Assembly (NCBI GenBank): GCA_965240325.2
Contig: OZ251239.1
Location: 186,001-250,000, forward strand
Reading direction: 5' to 3'
Source of the DNA: Rebecca billardiae RCC1528
Taxonomy: Eukaryota > Protista > Haptophyta
DNA length: 64,000 nt
The notes beneath the pieces are model-generated. The model saw only the letters and a program-made list of their open reading frames with translations, ran no database searches and had not been told where the DNA came from. Positions 11,388-21,782 of the stretch are shown piece after piece; the stretch's first letter is position 1; every line of letters starts with the position of its first letter. The position numbers and the translations under genes are program-made.

Positions 11388-14300
11388 TCACTGCCGCGAG
11401 TGCAGCATGGTGCCAGCAGCACGACGACTGTCGTAGTCATCGTCCCATGCGCGCGGCCGCTGCTGCTCGGCTGCCTCGACTGCCGCGGCGGGGATGACGC
11501 CGCCGTGCCCGCCGCCGTTCGGCGCGCCGGTCGCCGCTCGCGCGCTCACCGCCTGCCTCACCTCGTCCCGCAGCGAGGCGTTCTCGTGCGCCAGCCGCTC
11601 GATCGCGCGCTGCATCGCGTCGAGCCGGCCGTCGATCAGCACGCCGTGCGCGCCCGAGCCGCGCAGCTCGGTGCTGCTCGCGCGCGAGGGCCGGCCGGAG
11701 CGCGCCGCGCGCGGGCGCAGGCCGTCCGGGTCGCGGCCGAACGGCGCGTCCGGCAGCAGCTCCTCCTCCATCTCCGAGCCCATCGCGCTGCTGCGGTGCG
11801 CGCGGGTCGCCTCGCGCTCGAGCGCGGCGCCGTACTGCGTGTTCTTGATCGACGCGCGCACCTCCTGCTCGAGCTCGGGGAAGGAGGTGCGCAGCCGGTC
11901 GAACGAGCGCCTCAGCAGCGCGTGCATGTCCACAAACGTCTGCGCGATCACGTGCGCCGCGGCTCTGTACTCGTCGTTCAGGATTGAGATCTCGCCGAAG
12001 TAGTCGCCGGTGCCCAGGTCCTTGACCACCGTGTACTGCGGGCCGGGCGGCGGCGCGGCCGGCGGCGGCTGCGGCAGCGCCCAGCTGATGCGCGAGCGGC
12101 GCGGCATCGCGGACGGGTCGGCCACCCAGCGCGAGCGGCGCGAGGGACTGCGCGCGCGGCGGCCGCTGGCGGGGAGCGCGAGGCCCGCGCGGAGACCGAG
12201 CGTGCCCACCTCCGTGGGAGCCATGCGCCGCTCGGCCGCGGCCGTGCTCGTGTCGGGCGTCGCGCCGAGCGCGTCCTGCTCCGCGGCGTGCTCACCGTCG
12301 TCATCGCACATCGCGGCGGGCTGGTGGCACGCGCGCGGCGAGACCACACCCGAGCCGCCGCCGTGCGCCGCGCTCAGCTTGCGCCTGAACGCGGTGAGGT
12401 AACTCGCGCTCGAGCGCCGCCGCCCGCCGGCGGGCTGCGTCGCCCCGCCGTGCGCCGCGGGCCCGTGCGGCTGCGCGGCGGAGGGCGAGCGCTCCACCAC
12501 CACGCTCAGCTCCCCCGCCGTGACGAAGTAGAGCGCCCGCCCGGGCGAGCCCTTGACGATCACAATGTCGCCCGCCATGTACAGCTCGCGCTTCAGCTCC
12601 TGCACGGTCGCGGCGATCAGCTGCGACGACGTCGAGTTTGCGAAGAAGGGGACTGCGCGCACGAGGTGGCGGAAGAGGTACATGTGCACGTCCGAGCGGA
12701 GCACCTGCGCCGGCCGCGGCCGCGGGGCGCGGGGCGCGCGGCCGCGCGGAGTGGCGTTCCGGGCGGCGTGGGGCGTGAGGGTGGCCGCGCGGCAGTGCGG
12801 CGGCACGCGCGCGCGGCGCCACTGTGGCCTCGGCCGCGCCGCGCGCGCGCGCGCGCAGTCGCACCGGATTGAGCTCGGTCACCCACGCCTGGTCCAGCTC
12901 GAACGAGCCGTACTTGCCCCACAGGTAGTTGTAGTAGTGCAGGATCCGGGAGCGGATCACCTCGGGCAGCCCGAGCCGGCTCATCGCCGAGCGCGTCGAG
13001 TCGATCTTGGCCTGGTACGCCACGCGCCGCCCGTTGAGCTGCTGAAGGAACATCGTGAGGTCGGAGACGATGATGCCCGCGGTGATCAGGCCGAGCACCA
13101 TCACGAGCGACGACGCGGTGTACTCGGCGCGCGTGAGCATCCCGCGCTGCAGGATCGTCCCCGCGAGCATAAACGACGCGTGGGTAATCAGCAGCTCGTA
13201 TGTGGTGCCCGCTGTGCCGTCCATTAAAAACTCGACCTCGTCGATCCAAGAGGTGTGCCCGTGGCCCTCGGCCTGCACGCGCGCGTGCTCGCTCCGCGCG
13301 AGGATCCACCAGAGGCAGCCTGCGCGCGCGCGGGCGCGCACGCGCGGTGCGTGAGCCGTCGAATCGCGCGCGCCAGCCGGGCCGGCGCGCCGCGCCGGCG
13401 CGCGCGCGCTCGTGCGCCTGGCGCGCAGCGCGCCAGAGCGCGCGGTCGCGCGCGCGGCCACGCACCGACCCAGTGCAGCTGGAGCGCGATGCTGGCGACC
13501 ATCTGCACGAGGCGCAGGTGGACGACGAACGAGGAGTACTGCGAGACGAACGAGCTCAGCCACACGCCACGCAGCGCGTGCACCGCGTGCGTCGCGCCGC
13601 CGCCGACGAACTCGAACGGAAAGGCCAGCAACGCGCGGAGTGTGAGGCCGAGCACCGCGCGCGCGCGGCCGACGCCAAACTGGCCGCCGCCGAGGTTGCG
13701 GTCGAGCACCTCGCCGAGCGTGGTCGACTTGCGCGCGAGCGCCGACGGGCACGAGAGCAGCACCACGACCACGTCCAGCGCCGAGACCAGCAGCGCCAGC
13801 GCGTTGAGCGCGAGGTGGACAAACCCGAACGTCGAGTCGTCGCGGTACCACCGCCAGTCGAACGCGAGGAAGAGGGGGAGCTCGACGAGCGTGTACAGCG
13901 CGACGACGGCGCGCAGCGAGTCCCACACGACGAAGAAGGACGAGCCCTCCACCAGGATCAACCGGCTCAGCCGCTGCCGCCGCGTCTGCCGCGCCTGCTG
14001 CGCGCGCGTGCGCGGCGTCACGTCGCTCTGCTCAGCCGACACGTCGTCCACGCCGCCCATCGCCGAGCCCTTGCGCGTGTAGTGCTCGCGCGCGACGCCG
14101 AGTACGCGCTGGCGCGTCACGTCGATCTCCGCCATCATGCCCTCAAAGTCCACCTCCGTCGTGGTGGTGTGCAGCGCCGCGCGCACGTCGAACCCCTGCA
14201 GCTTCTTGATCGTGCTCGTCATCCGGTCGGATGTGAGTCGCTTGGCGGTGAGCCGCGCGGCGGCGCTGGGCGTGGAGCTGCGGGCTTCGGCAGGTGGTGG

Positions 14301-14390
14301 CGCGAGCGCTTCCGACGAGCGGCTGTCCGCGATCGGGCACTCGGCGGCGGGCTGCTCAGGCGCCTCGCGCCCGCAGGTGGTGCGTGACAT
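11388..14390 (-). CDS. Cyclic-nucleotide-binding-domain ion channel (CNG/HCN/EAG-like); exons 14390-13466, 13319-12865, 12704-11388
   Basis: Multi-TM region beginning SSFFVVWD; C-linker (LPEVIRSRILHYYNYLW); cNMP domain (VPFF...GDIVIVKGSPGRALYFV...GDYFGEISIL); C-terminal coiled coil. GT-AG introns 13465-13320 and 12864-12705 join the frames. Confidence 0.85.
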
Positions 14391-14797
14391 TGCGTGGCGA
14401 GTCCTGCAACCGTGAGAGGCTCTCAGAGTCAGAACTGGGCGGGGATTCGCAGGATCTTCTGGTCGTCCTCGTTACGAGGTATGCACGATACTTCCGAACA
14501 GGCACGAGGGCGCCGTACCCGCGTCACCGCTATTTCTCACAAGATGAAGTAAGGAACCGAATTAATTAGCAATAATGATATAGCATGAACTATGATGATG
14601 TTATGGGCCCAATGTTAATTATATCATGATAAAGGATCGTAATGAACCATACCATGATAGTGCTGTACAATGGGAGATACTACTTTATGATAGTATGAGG
14701 AGGTATGAGGATCCTCGATTTTGCCCCCTACCCCCATATCTAATCATGTAAGAGCCGGACGGACGGGTGCGGGTACAAGCAATTATCGTAGCGATCC

Positions 14798-15906
14798 ATG
14801 GCGGTGCACGACGCGCGCGTTTCGGCCATCGTCGTCATCATCTTTCTCAGCGAGCTGCTCGCCATGGGCCTCGCGGACTCCGTTGACGATGGCATCGACG
14901 TGCCGGCCGGCTTCGTTCGCGCTGACAACTGGCTACCCATGTCTGCCTCGAAACCTTCTGAACCCGCGTGGTCCGCACAGAGTGTTCATGCGCTCGAGTT
15001 TCGCGTGGCCCGCCACGGGAGAGGCGCCCCGTGCCCCACAGCCGACTGCGTAGGTGACACTGCCGCGCTACATCTCTTCTGCCGGAAGCGTGGCGGCGTG
15101 GTGCTCGAGTGGGTGGCCTGGATGGCAGCACGATGAGCGAATCTCTCGCTTTCTCGCGCAGCGTCAAAGGTGTCCGCCGTCTGCTTGTGGAGGGCAACCC
15201 TGAGCACCGCGCCAACCGCACGCGCGCGGTGCAGGCAGGCGCGGTCGGTGTCGCGGCGGCCATCTGCTCGAGCGCGAGCAGCAGCAGCGCGGTCGTGCAC
15301 TACGCGCACAACATGCGCGCGGTGTGGATGGCCGTGTCAGGCATCGTGGAGTTCATGCCCGACAAATATCTCGCGAGATTCTATCCAAACATCCTCCGTG
15401 CCAAGCAGGCGGCCGGGGGCTCGTGGGAGCGCGTGAACTGGACGGCGGTGGAGGCCGCAGAGCGCGCTCACGGCGGCCTGCTCATTCCCGTGCCACGCGT
15501 GCCGCTGCAAGCCATCCTCGATCGTCTCGGCATCGAGCACATCGACCTGGCGATCATTGACACGGAGGGCGCAGAGCTCGATGTGCTCCGCACGCTGGAC
15601 CTGCAGCGCGTGACCGTGGACGTCTTTGCAGTGGAGACTGACCCCAGGTTCCGGACCCCGGCCTACGCCCGGGAAGTGGGCGATCTGATCAACGCATCGT
15701 CGGCGGGCCAGTATGAGTGGTTCTGGGCTCAGCGTGGGCTCAGTTCGTGGTATACACGCAAAGGCTTCACGCCGTCCACGTGCCAAGCTCCCAGTGGCCC
15801 TCACCGCCCGCCCCGTGATGCGCGCTCACGGCCCGGCCGGCCCAGTACGCACCCACTGAGGCGGTCGTCGCACACTGGCAGGGGCAGCGGAAACTTGCTG
15901 CCATGA
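14798..15906 (+). pseudogene. FkbM-family (Methyltransf_21-like) methyltransferase with N-terminal signal/anchor, frameshifted at ~15110
   Basis: The SAM motif GGVVLE-x-GGLDG is split across two frames by one missing base. Downstream motifs LLVEGNP and HIDLAIIDTEGAELDVL...VFAVE. Confidence 0.7.
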
Positions 15907-16525
15907 TGATCGATGATGAGTCAAGGCCCGGCGGGCCTGTGACGGGGTCGTGCGCTCGGACAATCGCTCGCCCGTCGCCGGCTCGGGCAATAAAACTCAA
16001 ATATCATGCGTGCAGCATGAATCGGCGCTCGCTCACCGGTTCGGACAAAACATCAAGCATCATGCGCAGCATGTCGGCGCGGATCGTGGGCCGACCCAGG
16101 GGCTGCAGCTCAGCTGGCGCCAGCCGCACTCTCACTTACGCCGGCTCGGGCCCGAGTTTCGGTCTCGCGGACGCGCTGTCGGCAGTGCCCGGGCGTACTC
16201 GCCACTCGGCCCCGGGACTGCCGACTCGGCCTCGGGCCGACTGCCTGATGACAAGGCCGCCTCCGATGTGCCGTGCTGATGTGGTAGTCCGGCGCTCTCC
16301 GGGCGCAGCGGGCGGGCCGGGCGGCGCATCATAGTAGCACTGAGGGATTAGTGAATAGTGATTATTGATATAGCCATATATATCAGTACGTCAGCTATAT
16401 TATCTCCCTTGAAGAGTCATAGTAGCGTGGCCGCCCACTTGGTCACTCTCGAGACGGGAACTAGCTAGTCTTAGTCTACGGCTACCGTGGCGGCCTGATG
16501 AGGAATTTATCATCATCTGCATCAT

Positions 16526-16530
<5 letters not shown>

Positions 16531-16585
<55 letters not shown>

Positions 16586-16630
16586 CGACGTGGTATGCAC
16601 TGATATATATATATATACCGATATATATAA
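16531..16630. repeat. (TA)n microsatellite tract abutting element copy 2
   Basis: TA run 16531-16581 plus interrupted TA runs up to 16630. Confidence 0.9.
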
Positions 16631-16636
16631 TAAACT

Positions 16637-18065
16637 GTGCCCTGGCGGGCGGGGGCGTCGGCGGGCCGTGCCAGTGCTGTCGCAATGTTTCATCTGCGGG
16701 TTCGCGTCTTTCCACATTCGCTCGTGGCCGTGGGTGACGGACAGTCGGACCAGTGACACCTGACTGAAGTTCTCCCACTCACGAACGAGTGTACACGTCC
16801 GGCGTGCGCATCAGCGAGGCCCACACCCACGAGGGAATGTGCAGCACGTCGGGCGGGGCGGATAGCCCGTTGCTCCGCGTGAGCGCGGGTACGCGCTGTA
16901 TGTGCCGCATCTCGACCGCGATGGCGTAATCGAGCGCATCGCCGCCGACGAAGCCGCCAGAGTAGATCATGTGCATGTCCTCCTGCCGCCAGCAGAGAGC
17001 GGTCGTCGCGAGGATGCTTGCCGATGTCCGCTCCGGGCATGATGGGCTCGGCGCAGGTCGCGTTGACATTGTACACGGCCGCCACGCTGAGCACGAGCGC
17101 GTTGACGTTCACGCGGTCGTCGCTCTTCGCCTCTTCGACAGGTCTGGCGCCCGCGTGTTCGGCGGCACGAGGAGCTGTTGGTTGTGCGCGCGAGCGCGCA
17201 CAGCGACAGCGTGTGCCTCGCGATCGAGAGTGGGCACGAGCTGCTCACGCAGGCACACGAATCGCATCGCATCCATCACCGGCGTGACGACTTCCGCCTT
17301 GTCCCGCAGCGCCTGCGCCATGGACGAAGATGGCGCGGCGATGTTGCATGCTCGACGTTTCATCTCTCTGCGGATGGCATCACGGGCTTGTCTGTGTCGC
17401 GCTGCGGCGAGGGTCGCCAACTGGCGAAGGCACGGTTGCTGCCACGGCGACAGACACGGGAGGTGCGTCCGCTGCGCGTCGTACGCCGTTGGCGCTGCGC
17501 TTCCGTCGCATTGGTCATCGTCGACGCCGTGCAGGCCGACCGGTGGGCATCGGCTGAGGGACCGCGAGCGACGACTGAGTCCGGTGCGCGGATTCCGGCG
17601 ATCGAGTTCAGAAGGCCGCGCCAAATCTTGCGTCGCGTGCGATGGCGCTTCCCGCCCGCGAGACACCTCGTGATGAGGGCCTTTCCGCACCGAGCCCGAC
17701 GCGCGGCGGTGGATCGCGCGAGGTGGCTGTCGTGCGCAGCGCTTGATGCTATGACCCGTGCGAGCGATCGACGTGCAAGTCGGGCGAGGACCGCCCCAGG
17801 TCGCACGATCGTGTCGACGCGCCAAGCGTCCCTCCAAACGCGTCGACTTTGGGCCCCGTTCGACCTGCAAGCGAGACGACGAGGGCAGCAATCGCGAATC
17901 GGGCGAAAACACGTCTCGGGAGTCCCCGCGCGATGTCCGCGCCGGCGTTGGATCTGGCGCGCGCCGCCCACGCGCTCCGCGCCATCCGGCACCGTTGTTT
18001 TCGGCCGAGCGTGGCTCTGGGGCCGCCCGGCGGCGGCGGAGGGCGCGCGGTGGAGAAGCGATTTT
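16637..18065 (-). mobile_element. Dispersed element, copy 2 of 3 (right end truncated or diverged)
   Basis: Colinear with 6081-7530; lacks the terminal CAAGGGGCGGACC...CGGCCCGCC. Confidence 0.85.
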
Positions 18066-18109
18066 TGATTGATGTTTCTTTTCTTTGCGCCCGCCATTTC
18101 TTTCAATCC

Positions 18110-21088
18110 ATGGGGCGCCCGGTCATCACCCAGGTCGTGCTGGCTCTGCTCGCGGCCGATGCGACGGCGGCAGATCGCGGGTCCGAGCGGCTCGGCGCTC
18201 TGCGCGCGCGGGTGGAGGGCATATGGAACTCCACGGTGGGTACCGTCGTGATCACGGCAGCGAGCCCGGGCGCATGGCCGGCGACGGCGCCGATCCCGCG
18301 ACCAGCGTCCATGCCCGCATCTGCGAGCAGCACATGCGCGAGCCCCCGGCTTTGGGTGATGATGTCCGGCCACTACCGCTCGTTCTGGCTGACGCAGCAC
18401 ATGCTTGCCTACATCACCGACCGCGCGACCGACGGGTGCTTCTTTGTGGGCGGCTTCTTCAACGACGAGCTCGACAAGCACGCAAGGCTGTCGGGCGAGT
18501 GGCAGGCGCGGATGCGCGGCGCGGGGTACAGCGGGCCCTCCATGGCGGTCGACGCGCTGCTCGCGGACAACCCATTCGGCGGGCGGCTGGCGTACGCGGT
18601 CGCCGCTCGCACCGGTGCACTGGCCGCCTACCCCGACTGCATCACGCTCGGCTGGCACGGCGCGTGGGCGGTGCTGGAGTGGGCGGCCGCGACGCTGCAC
18701 GGCCTGGCTCCGGACCCGAGGGCCCTCGTCTGGCGCACCCGGCCCGACTTTGTGCACGAGGTGCCGTTCAGCCTCGGCCGGCTCGAGGCGTACGTCGCCG
18801 CTGGCCACCTACGGCACGTCGTGCTCGGCGGCGCGGGCACCATGAGGCAGGGAGATTTGTATCTCGTGAGTACGTGGGCGGTGTTCAGGGATGACATCGC
18901 ACAGCCGATCGAGCTGGCGGCGGCCGCGCTGCCCAGGCCGCCGCGCGACGCGTCGGCGCTCCCGCGCGCTGAACGCGCGCGTCTGCTCTTCTGGTGGAAC
19001 CTCGGCCTCGTGAACGGCTGGGGCCGAGGGCGTTCAGTGCGCGCGCGCGGGCCGTGGCCTGGCTTTGAGCAGCTGCTGCGGCGCGGCGGGTGCGCGTGCC
19101 CTGGCGGCGGCGCGCGTTGTGCCCGGCCGTCGTGCCTCGTGCGCGTGCTCGAGGCGGACAACGTGCCAACCCAGCTCATGATCCTCCGCGCGCGCTGGGC
19201 GGTCCATTCGGACCCGCGCGCGTGGCGCAACGTGAGCGACGTGTGGGCGCGATCGGCTGTCGAGCTGGGCAGCGCGGTGCGCGTGTACTGCCCCGCCACC
19301 GATCCGCGCGAGGCTGCGCGCAGCAAGGAGTTGCGGCAGCGGTGGTTCAGCTACGCGTACCAGGCCGAGCCCTTCTACGCGCGCGACGCCAATTTCGGCA
19401 CGTGCTGCGGCGCCGGCTTCTACCGCCGGCGCACGACGACTGCGCTCTCGCCCGAGCTGGTCGGCGAGGCGGGCGAGCGCGCATCGCTGCATGTGTGTGG
19501 CGCGGACAACGAGCTGAGCGCGAACGGGGAGGGCGGGTTTGGAGTCGCGCCGATGGACTGGGCTGCACTCGACGTGTGGGAGCCCACCGCATTCAAGGGC
19601 GGCGAGCGATGCCCGAGCCTGGCGTGCGCGATCAGTGCGGCCGGCGGGCACGCGCCGCGCGCCTCCGCAGCCGCCGGCGCGCGCAACGCGACCGCTCGGC
19701 CGCAGCCGCTTGCTCAGCTTGCGCGCGGGACGAGCGCTCATCTGGCCGGCGCGTTGGGCGCGCCGCGCGCCAGCACAGCGCGCGCCAACGCCGCGCAGGG
19801 CGCTCGCCCGCCGCCCAGCCCGCCGATCACCGACGCCGAGCGCTGGGCGCCCGACTTCGCATCGCCACCAGGGGTAGACCACGGGCCGGCCGTCGAGCGG
19901 CTGCGGCGCTGCTGGCTCGTCCTCGGTGTGATGAGCGTCGTCGAGCGCACGGCGGGCTCAATCAGCGAGCATCCGCCTGCGCAGGGCTTCACGGCGTGGT
20001 TCAGGCGCGCGCAGATCCGGCGCACCTACGCCACGCTCGCCCCCGATGGCGTGTGCGTCGTCTTCGTCCTCGGTCACGGCCGCGACCCCGCCGCGCCGCA
20101 GCTGCCTGACGTGCTCCGCGAGGCGCGCACGCACAAAGACATGGTCTGGCTCGACGCGCCCGACTGGATTGTGTCACGCAAAGCGCTCACGTGGTTCGCG
20201 ACGGCGGAGCGCCGGCTGCCCGGCGCGCAGTTCATCGGCAAGGCGGACGACGACTCGTACGTGCAGCTCCAGCAGCTCGTCTCGGACCTGCGCGCGCTCG
20301 ACACGAGCCGGACGGCGGGCCGCGCGCTCGTCGCACACGTGGTTTTCATCGCCAGCTGGCAGGTGCGGCCGAACGCGACGTCCGCCGCGGAGGGCCGGCT
20401 GTGCGGCTTCGCGGGCGAGATGGACCAGCGCGGCCCGCTCCGCGTGCGCTTGCTGGCCAGCAAGGTCTTCCGCAAGTGGTGCTACACTCCCCCCAGGGAG
20501 TGGCTGCCCGCTCCGAACGTTCTCGGAAGTTTCCCCGCGCCGCTCGGCCCACTGTACCTGCTGAGCACGCCGCTGCTGCGCATCGTCTTCGCGCAGCGCA
20601 ACGTGCACGCCTTCGTGCGCACGCAGCGCTTCGAGGAGAGCTCGATCGAGGACCTCGTCGTCGGCGGACACCTCGTGCACAGGGGGGCGGCGCTCGCGCG
20701 CGCCAACTACACTGTGGGCGAGCTCACGTACACCAAGCTGGTGAATTACGACCACCGGACAATGCAGCGCGACGACCCTGGGACACGCGCCGGTTCGGGC
20801 ACCTCCGTGTACCCGACCAGCTCGTCGTACGTCGTGCATAGCATCAAGGCGCAGTCAACCACCCTGTGGGACGCGGTCCACGCGCAGCTCAGCGCGACCG
20901 CGCAGCCGTGCTTTCCCCTCTTCGAGTTCATTTGGGACGCGCAGCGCAACGTGCTGGCGTACGCGAGCGCCGCGCAGCTCGCGCTGTGGGCGAGCTACTT
21001 CCGCCAGTGCGGGCTTTTCGGCTGCCACGTGCCGCACCGCGCGCACGTGGCCAGGGCGGACGGCGAGCCGCTGCGCCTGCAATGCTGA
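18110..21088 (+). CDS. Secretory two-domain protein: N-terminal uncharacterised GT-like domain + C-terminal GT31 (galactosyltransferase-like) domain
   Basis: Signal peptide (VITQVVLALLAA). N-domain motifs LWVMMSGHYRSF and WRTRPD. C-domain motifs RRAQIRRTY, VVFVLG, EARTHKDMVWL, KALTWF, FIGKADDDSYV, GPLYLLS and IED. Confidence 0.8.
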   Translation: MGRPVITQVVLALLAADATAADRGSERLGALRARVEGIWNSTVGTVVITAASPGAWPATAPIPRPASMPASASSTCASPRLWVMMSGHYRSFWLTQHMLAYITDRATDGCFFVGGFFNDELDKHARLSGEWQARMRGAGYSGPSMAVDALLADNPFGGRLAYAVAARTGALAAYPDCITLGWHGAWAVLEWAAATLHGLAPDPRALVWRTRPDFVHEVPFSLGRLEAYVAAGHLRHVVLGGAGTMRQGDLYLVSTWAVFRDDIAQPIELAAAALPRPPRDASALPRAERARLLFWWNLGLVNGWGRGRSVRARGPWPGFEQLLRRGGCACPGGGARCARPSCLVRVLEADNVPTQLMILRARWAVHSDPRAWRNVSDVWARSAVELGSAVRVYCPATDPREAARSKELRQRWFSYAYQAEPFYARDANFGTCCGAGFYRRRTTTALSPELVGEAGERASLHVCGADNELSANGEGGFGVAPMDWAALDVWEPTAFKGGERCPSLACAISAAGGHAPRASAAAGARNATARPQPLAQLARGTSAHLAGALGAPRASTARANAAQGARPPPSPPITDAERWAPDFASPPGVDHGPAVERLRRCWLVLGVMSVVERTAGSISEHPPAQGFTAWFRRAQIRRTYATLAPDGVCVVFVLGHGRDPAAPQLPDVLREARTHKDMVWLDAPDWIVSRKALTWFATAERRLPGAQFIGKADDDSYVQLQQLVSDLRALDTSRTAGRALVAHVVFIASWQVRPNATSAAEGRLCGFAGEMDQRGPLRVRLLASKVFRKWCYTPPREWLPAPNVLGSFPAPLGPLYLLSTPLLRIVFAQRNVHAFVRTQRFEESSIEDLVVGGHLVHRGAALARANYTVGELTYTKLVNYDHRTMQRDDPGTRAGSGTSVYPTSSSYVVHSIKAQSTTLWDAVHAQLSATAQPCFPLFEFIWDAQRNVLAYASAAQLALWASYFRQCGLFGCHVPHRAHVARADGEPLRLQC

Positions 21089-21231
21089 GCAGGCAGCTAG
21101 GCAGAGTGATTATTCTGGGCTCGTCGTCAGATGGTCGCGGTCCGGTCAGTATATATATGCTACTATACAGCACTCATCGGGCTCACATCGCGCGCAAACG
21201 GCGCAAAGCAGTAGCAGCCCGAGTAGTACTA

Positions 21232-21234
<3 letters not shown>

Positions 21235-21269
<35 letters not shown>

Positions 21270-21280
21270 GCTCTCTCTCT
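21235..21280. repeat. (CT)n microsatellite
   Basis: CT dinucleotide run. Confidence 0.95.
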
Positions 21281-21533
21281 AAGTAGGCGGCCCGTCACGC
21301 CGTCCTGTCGTCGATCCACGACTCCACGACTCACGAGGCACGAGCAGTGCCATCAGCTTGACGAGTAACCGTGCCAGTGACTGTGCCAAGCTCCCGGCAG
21401 TGGGGCCTCAGTGAGTCAGTGGCGGCAGTCCGGGGCCCTCCATCCGAGGCCTGACGTGACCGCCCGCCCAGTCGGATACGCGCCACGACGGCCCCGGCCG
21501 GCCTAGTTACTCGCACCCACTGACGAGGCGTGC

Positions 21534-21782
21534 GACACTTGCCGTCGCTGGCAGTCTCAGTGCCGCCATCGCTTCTCGTCAGGCAGTCAGGCACTGAGAC
21601 TGCCAGCGACGGCAAGTGTCAGAGTCGTGCCGCCATCGGTTCTCGTCAGGCAGTCAGGCACTGAGACTGCCAGCGACGGCAAGTGTCAGAGTCGTGCCGC
21701 CATCGCTTCTCGTCAGGCAGTCAGGCACTGAGACTGCCAGCGACGGCAAGTGTCAGAGTCGTGCCGCCATCGGTTCTCGTCA
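21534..21782. repeat. 67-bp tandem repeat (3.3 copies) preceded by a 31-bp inverted copy
   Basis: Units start at 21560, 21627, 21694 and 21761. 21534-21564 is the exact reverse complement of 21590-21620. Confidence 0.95.

Noticed and set aside
17849-18109. N-terminal extension of the 1079-aa ORF
   Set aside because: Lies inside repeat copy 2 and starts at a non-ATG codon. The signal peptide begins at ATG 18110.
21560-21782. CRISPR-like array
   Set aside because: Units are contiguous near-identical 67-mers with no unique spacers; eukaryotic context and no cas genes.
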